A stretch of 28,479 nucleotides of DNA, taken from contig JAYWGM010000038.1 in NCBI GenBank assembly GCA_043778225.1, forward strand, positions 1 to 28,479, in the 5' to 3' direction. This DNA comes from Deinococcales bacterium. Lineage in GTDB: Bacteria > Deinococcota > Deinococci > Deinococcales > JAAFIG01. The position numbers and the translations under genes are program-made. Below the pieces are notes generated by a model. That model was not told the DNA's origin, did not search any database, and worked only from the letters and a program-made list of their open reading frames with translations. Each line of letters opens with the position of its first letter. Position 1 is the stretch's first letter. Below are positions 25,638-28,479 of the stretch, piece by piece.

Positions 25638-25766
25638 ATTGTCTATTGTGCGCTAAGTCAAGGCATGACGCGAGAGACACAAAGCCCAAGGGGTGATTTG
25701 TTGTCTGATTGTGCAGTCTAGCTTTTCTACCTCCCATTCTCGAGCTTATCGTGTTACGGTTTATTG

Positions 25767-26933
25767 ATGCGTTACCTGACTGCTGGTGAATCTCACGGAC
25801 CAAGCCTGACCACGATTCTCGAGGGTTTCCCTTCGCAAGTGCCATTAAGCGCTAATGATGATGTCAACCCGTGGCTCGAGAAGCGCCAACAAGGATATGG
25901 GCGTGGCAGACGAATGCAAATCGAAAAAGATGCCGTAGAGTTCTTGAGCGGCGTTCGGGCTGGACGCACCACGGGCGCACCGATTACGCTACAAATCATC
26001 AATAAAGACCACGCCAATTGGCTCGAGATTATGGATGTGCAGGCTGGCAACGAACCGCGCAAAAAAGCCTTGACCGCCGCCCGTCCGGGTCATGCCGATT
26101 TGGTCGGCGGCATTAAATACCGTCATAAAGACTTGCGCGATGTGCTAGAACGCGCCTCGGCTCGAGAAACCGCCTCTCGAGTAGCAGTTGGTGCAATTGC
26201 CCTCAAATTCTTGTCCGAGTTGGGTGTGCAGGGCGCAAATTATGTAGATAGGCTGGCTGGAATTGCCTCGAGCGTGCCATTTGACTGGGATAAACTGGAA
26301 GACATCGAAGCCTCAGTGGTGCGTTGCCTTGACCCAAACGCCGCCGAACAAATGATTGCGCGAATAGACCAAGCCAAAACCGATGGCGACACACTCGGCG
26401 GGATTCTCGAGGTGCGCTTTAGAAACCTTGTCCCCGGACTGGGAAGTTACACCCACTGGGACAGAAAACTCGATGGTCGAATTAGCCACGCCATCATGGC
26501 AACCCAAGCGGTCAAAGGCGTAGAAATCGGTAGGGCATTTGCCAATGCCGACCTGCCGGGTTCAAGGGTTCACGATGCCGTCTACTACCGCGAGAGCAAC
26601 CTAACCCAAGGGCATTACCAACGCGACACCAACGGGGCTGGAGGACTCGAGGCTGGCATGACCAATGGCGAGGATTTGGTCATTCGGGTCGCCTTAAAAC
26701 CCATTGCGACCCTGATGAAGCCGCTCCCAACTGTGGATGTGGTGACACATCAAGCTGCTGATGCTGCTCGAGAACGCTCGGACACCACAGCTGTACCCGC
26801 CGCAGGTGTTATCTTTCAATGCGTGATAGCCACAGTGCTAACCGAAGCCTACCTCGAGAAATTTGGCGCGGACACACTGCCCGAAATTCAAGAACGGATT
26901 CTCGAGTATCAAAGGTTTGTGGAACAGTATTAG
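25767..26933 (+). CDS. aroC: Chorismate synthase
   Basis: MRYLTAGESHGP, GYGRGRRM, RPGHADL, ERASARETA, NGAGGLEAGMTNG, KPIATL, ERSD. TACGGT lies 6 nt before ATG 25767. Confidence 0.98.
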   Translation: MRYLTAGESHGPSLTTILEGFPSQVPLSANDDVNPWLEKRQQGYGRGRRMQIEKDAVEFLSGVRAGRTTGAPITLQIINKDHANWLEIMDVQAGNEPRKKALTAARPGHADLVGGIKYRHKDLRDVLERASARETASRVAVGAIALKFLSELGVQGANYVDRLAGIASSVPFDWDKLEDIEASVVRCLDPNAAEQMIARIDQAKTDGDTLGGILEVRFRNLVPGLGSYTHWDRKLDGRISHAIMATQAVKGVEIGRAFANADLPGSRVHDAVYYRESNLTQGHYQRDTNGAGGLEAGMTNGEDLVIRVALKPIATLMKPLPTVDVVTHQAADAARERSDTTAVPAAGVIFQCVIATVLTEAYLEKFGADTLPEIQERILEYQRFVEQY

Positions 26934-26995
26934 CTCGAGAAAAACAAGTTGGGTGTAAATGGCAATGCGGGATGCGGAAAACATTGGAGGTAAAA

Positions 26996-27263
26996 GTGAT
27001 TCGAGAAAAATATATATCTTTAGATTAGAAATTTTCTCAATCAGAAAATCACTGTTGAAAACTTTGAAAAAACTTATCTACGGGAATTCAAATCAGATTT
27101 ATTGCTAGATGATCTTGAGTTATTCGGTATACTCGATCGATTGTTTGCTTCTGTTGACTGTTACTGGGCTGATTGCGTAGAGGGACAGGAAAGTAAATTT
27201 GAAATATCTGAAGTTCAGTTACGAAAAGATGCTTGGATTGCTTTGGAGTCGTTAAGTTCCTGA
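26996..27263 (+). pseudogene. Frameshifted colicin D-like immunity domain gene
   Basis: GGAGG SD and GTG start. MIREKYISL, then one extra nt near 27023, then IRNFLNQKITVENFEKTYLREFKSDLLLDDLELFGILDRLFASVDCYWADCVEGQESKFEISEVQLRKDAWIALESLSS*. Confidence 0.7.
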
Positions 27264-27414
27264 AACGCCAAAGCAGTGTATGGTGGGAATCGGTTTAAGT
27301 CATATTTTGCGTGGCGTGGGCTTTGCTCACAACATCATTCCATCACATATTTAGAAGCACCAAACCTTGATGTGCGCCTCGAGTGTGTTAGCAGAATCTC
27401 TGTTTTGATATGCC

Positions 27415-27519
27415 CTAAAATTTTGCCTCTAACACAACCCCTGCTTGCCTAGGCTCGAGCCGAATGGTCACATCAAATTCAAGTTCATGCGCCACCCGAA
27501 CTAAACTCGAGACTTCAAG
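27415..27519 (-). pseudogene. C-terminal remnant of a probable XRE-family HTH protein truncated by the IS3 insertion
   Basis: LEVSSLVRVAHELEFDVTIRLEPRQAGVVLEAKF* begins directly at the IS3 left end and resembles the LxxxxLxRxAxxLxxxVxIxL tail of HTH_3 proteins. Confidence 0.55.
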
Positions 27520-27520
27520 G

Positions 27521-28380
27521 TGAACTTGATAGACTTTTGTTAGTTCAAGGTTGAGACTATCTAAGAGGAGTCACAACCATGCGAACGAAACCACGAGAAT
27601 TTACAGCAGAATTTAAGCTACAAGCCATTAAGCTCGTTTTAGACGATAAAGTACCAGTGAGTAAAGTAGCCAAAGACCTAGGAATTGGCATTCAGAACCT
27701 CAGTAGATGGTTAGCCATCCACAACAAGAGCCTAACTGAGAAACGCCCAGCTTTCACTGGACGAGGTATAAACGCCCTTTCAGAGCAGGAAAAGCGTATT
27801 AAAGAACTCGAGCGTGAGAATTATATTCTTAAACAGGAGCGTGAAATTTTAAAAGCAGCAACGAAGTTCTTCTTACTCGTAAGATAGCACCTGACGGGCT
27901 ACTCGCGCTTCGCCAAGGAAGCCAAGTAAAATTTACTTTCATGGATGAGCAAAAGAAGAACTTCGAGATTAAAATAATGGCACGAATGCTCAACGTGACG
28001 GTGGCAGCGTATCGGATGTGGAAGAAACGAGGAGTAAGTAATCGTAGGAAAGAAGATGCTGTGCTAGGCGAAGAAATCAAGATTATTCACACAGATAGCA
28101 AACGAACTTATGGTTCGCCAAGGGTAAAAATCGAATTGCTCGAGGGAAAGGGTAAAAAGGTAAGTCGTACTCGAGTCAATCGTCTGATGCGAGAAGCAGG
28201 TTTGATTACTAAGTTTAAGCGAAAATACGTGATTACAACAAAGAGTAACCATTCGCATAGTATTGCTGAGAATATCTTAAATCGTGAATTTCAGGCAGAC
28301 AAACCGAACCAGAAGTGGGTATCAGACATTACTTACCTCGATACAAGTGAAGGCTGGTTATACCTTGCAGTGGTGCTTGA
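27521..28380 (+). mobile_element. IS3-family insertion sequence, truncated within orfB
   Basis: Left IR begins TGAACTTGATAGAC; orfA and orfB are in the 0/-1 frames; homology stops after YLAVVLD. Confidence 0.9.
27579..27887 (+). CDS. IS3-family transposase OrfA
   Basis: REFTAEFKLQAIKL...VAKDLGI...LSRW HTH and leucine zipper RIKELERENYILKQEREILKAATKFF; GAGGAG SD. Confidence 0.9.
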   Translation: MRTKPREFTAEFKLQAIKLVLDDKVPVSKVAKDLGIGIQNLSRWLAIHNKSLTEKRPAFTGRGINALSEQEKRIKELERENYILKQEREILKAATKFFLLVR

Positions 28381-28411
28381 CCCGTCTTTCCGCTACCTGT
28401 GCAGGGGTTGA
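27941..28411 (+). pseudogene. IS3-family transposase OrfB, truncated after the first catalytic Asp
   Basis: YGSPRV, RVNRLMREAGL, NILNREF, KPNQKWVSDITY, GWLYLAVVLD, then unrelated sequence; the second D and the E of DDE are missing. Confidence 0.85.
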
Positions 28412-28479
28412 AATAATTTCTAATCACTTGGCTTCAATCGAGCATAAAAAGCCGTTCAAAGTTACCTCTGATGACCTTT
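28381..28479. mobile_element. Possible terminus of a second IS (IS1634-like end) inserted into orfB
   Basis: IS3 homology breaks abruptly at CCCGTCTTTCCGCT; the reverse complement AGCGGAAAGACGGG resembles GCGGAAnGnnGG-type IS ends as I recall them. Confidence 0.4.

Larger units (their letters stand above)
487..28175. repeat. Highly iterated palindrome CTCGAG dispersed across the window
   Basis: About 185 copies by hand count, roughly one per 155 bp, in coding and intergenic DNA. Confidence 0.95.

Noticed and set aside
4140..25766. ORF-track starts at 4140, 7605, 7680, 12623, 18914, 20014, 24248, 25296 and 25764
   Set aside because: Downstream starts have a better SD or leaderless -10 placement (4152, 7590, 7686, 12698, 18902, 20071, 24197, 25281, 25767).
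26934..26995. Toxin C-terminal remnant upstream of the immunity pseudogene (ENIGGK-like)
   Set aside because: Too short and frame-ambiguous to support.
487..28175. XhoI sites as a cloning, ligation or synthetic artefact
   Set aside because: Sites lie inside intact conserved motifs and reading frames with no junctions or frame breaks.
901..28258. The many 60-137 aa ORFs nested in or antisense to assigned genes
   Set aside because: Shadow ORFs of well-supported genes, with no recognisable motifs.

Overview
A bacterial chromosomal window of about 47% GC, probably from a low-GC member of Deinococcota (inferred from the many leaderless genes, the AroC style and Deinococcus-like hypothetical proteins). 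It has about 24 intact genes: a C5 DNA methyltransferase, TIM-barrel protein, SDR/TetR pair, tandem M50-like protease, RelE/ParE toxin-antitoxin pair, Nudix, PQQ sugar dehydrogenase, TPR protein, a baeRF1-USP-DoxX-USP operon, M16 peptidase, serine hydrolase, GNAT, MalZ, CYTH, a Gly-rich DhaL-like protein, a cytochrome c-thioesterase-phosphatase operon and aroC. Both ends carry mobile-element debris. The left end has an IS5/IS1031-type end beside an internally deleted NlaIV/NgoBV-like restriction endonuclease. The right end has a frameshifted colicin-immunity-like gene, an HTH gene cut by an IS3 element, and a probable second IS interrupting that IS3. The dominant unexplained signal is the palindrome CTCGAG: about 185 copies by hand count against about 6 expected, in all reading frames and between genes, resembling a HIP1/DUS-like genome-marking system. 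No tRNA, rRNA or CRISPR array was seen. Family assignments come from recalled motifs, not database searches.
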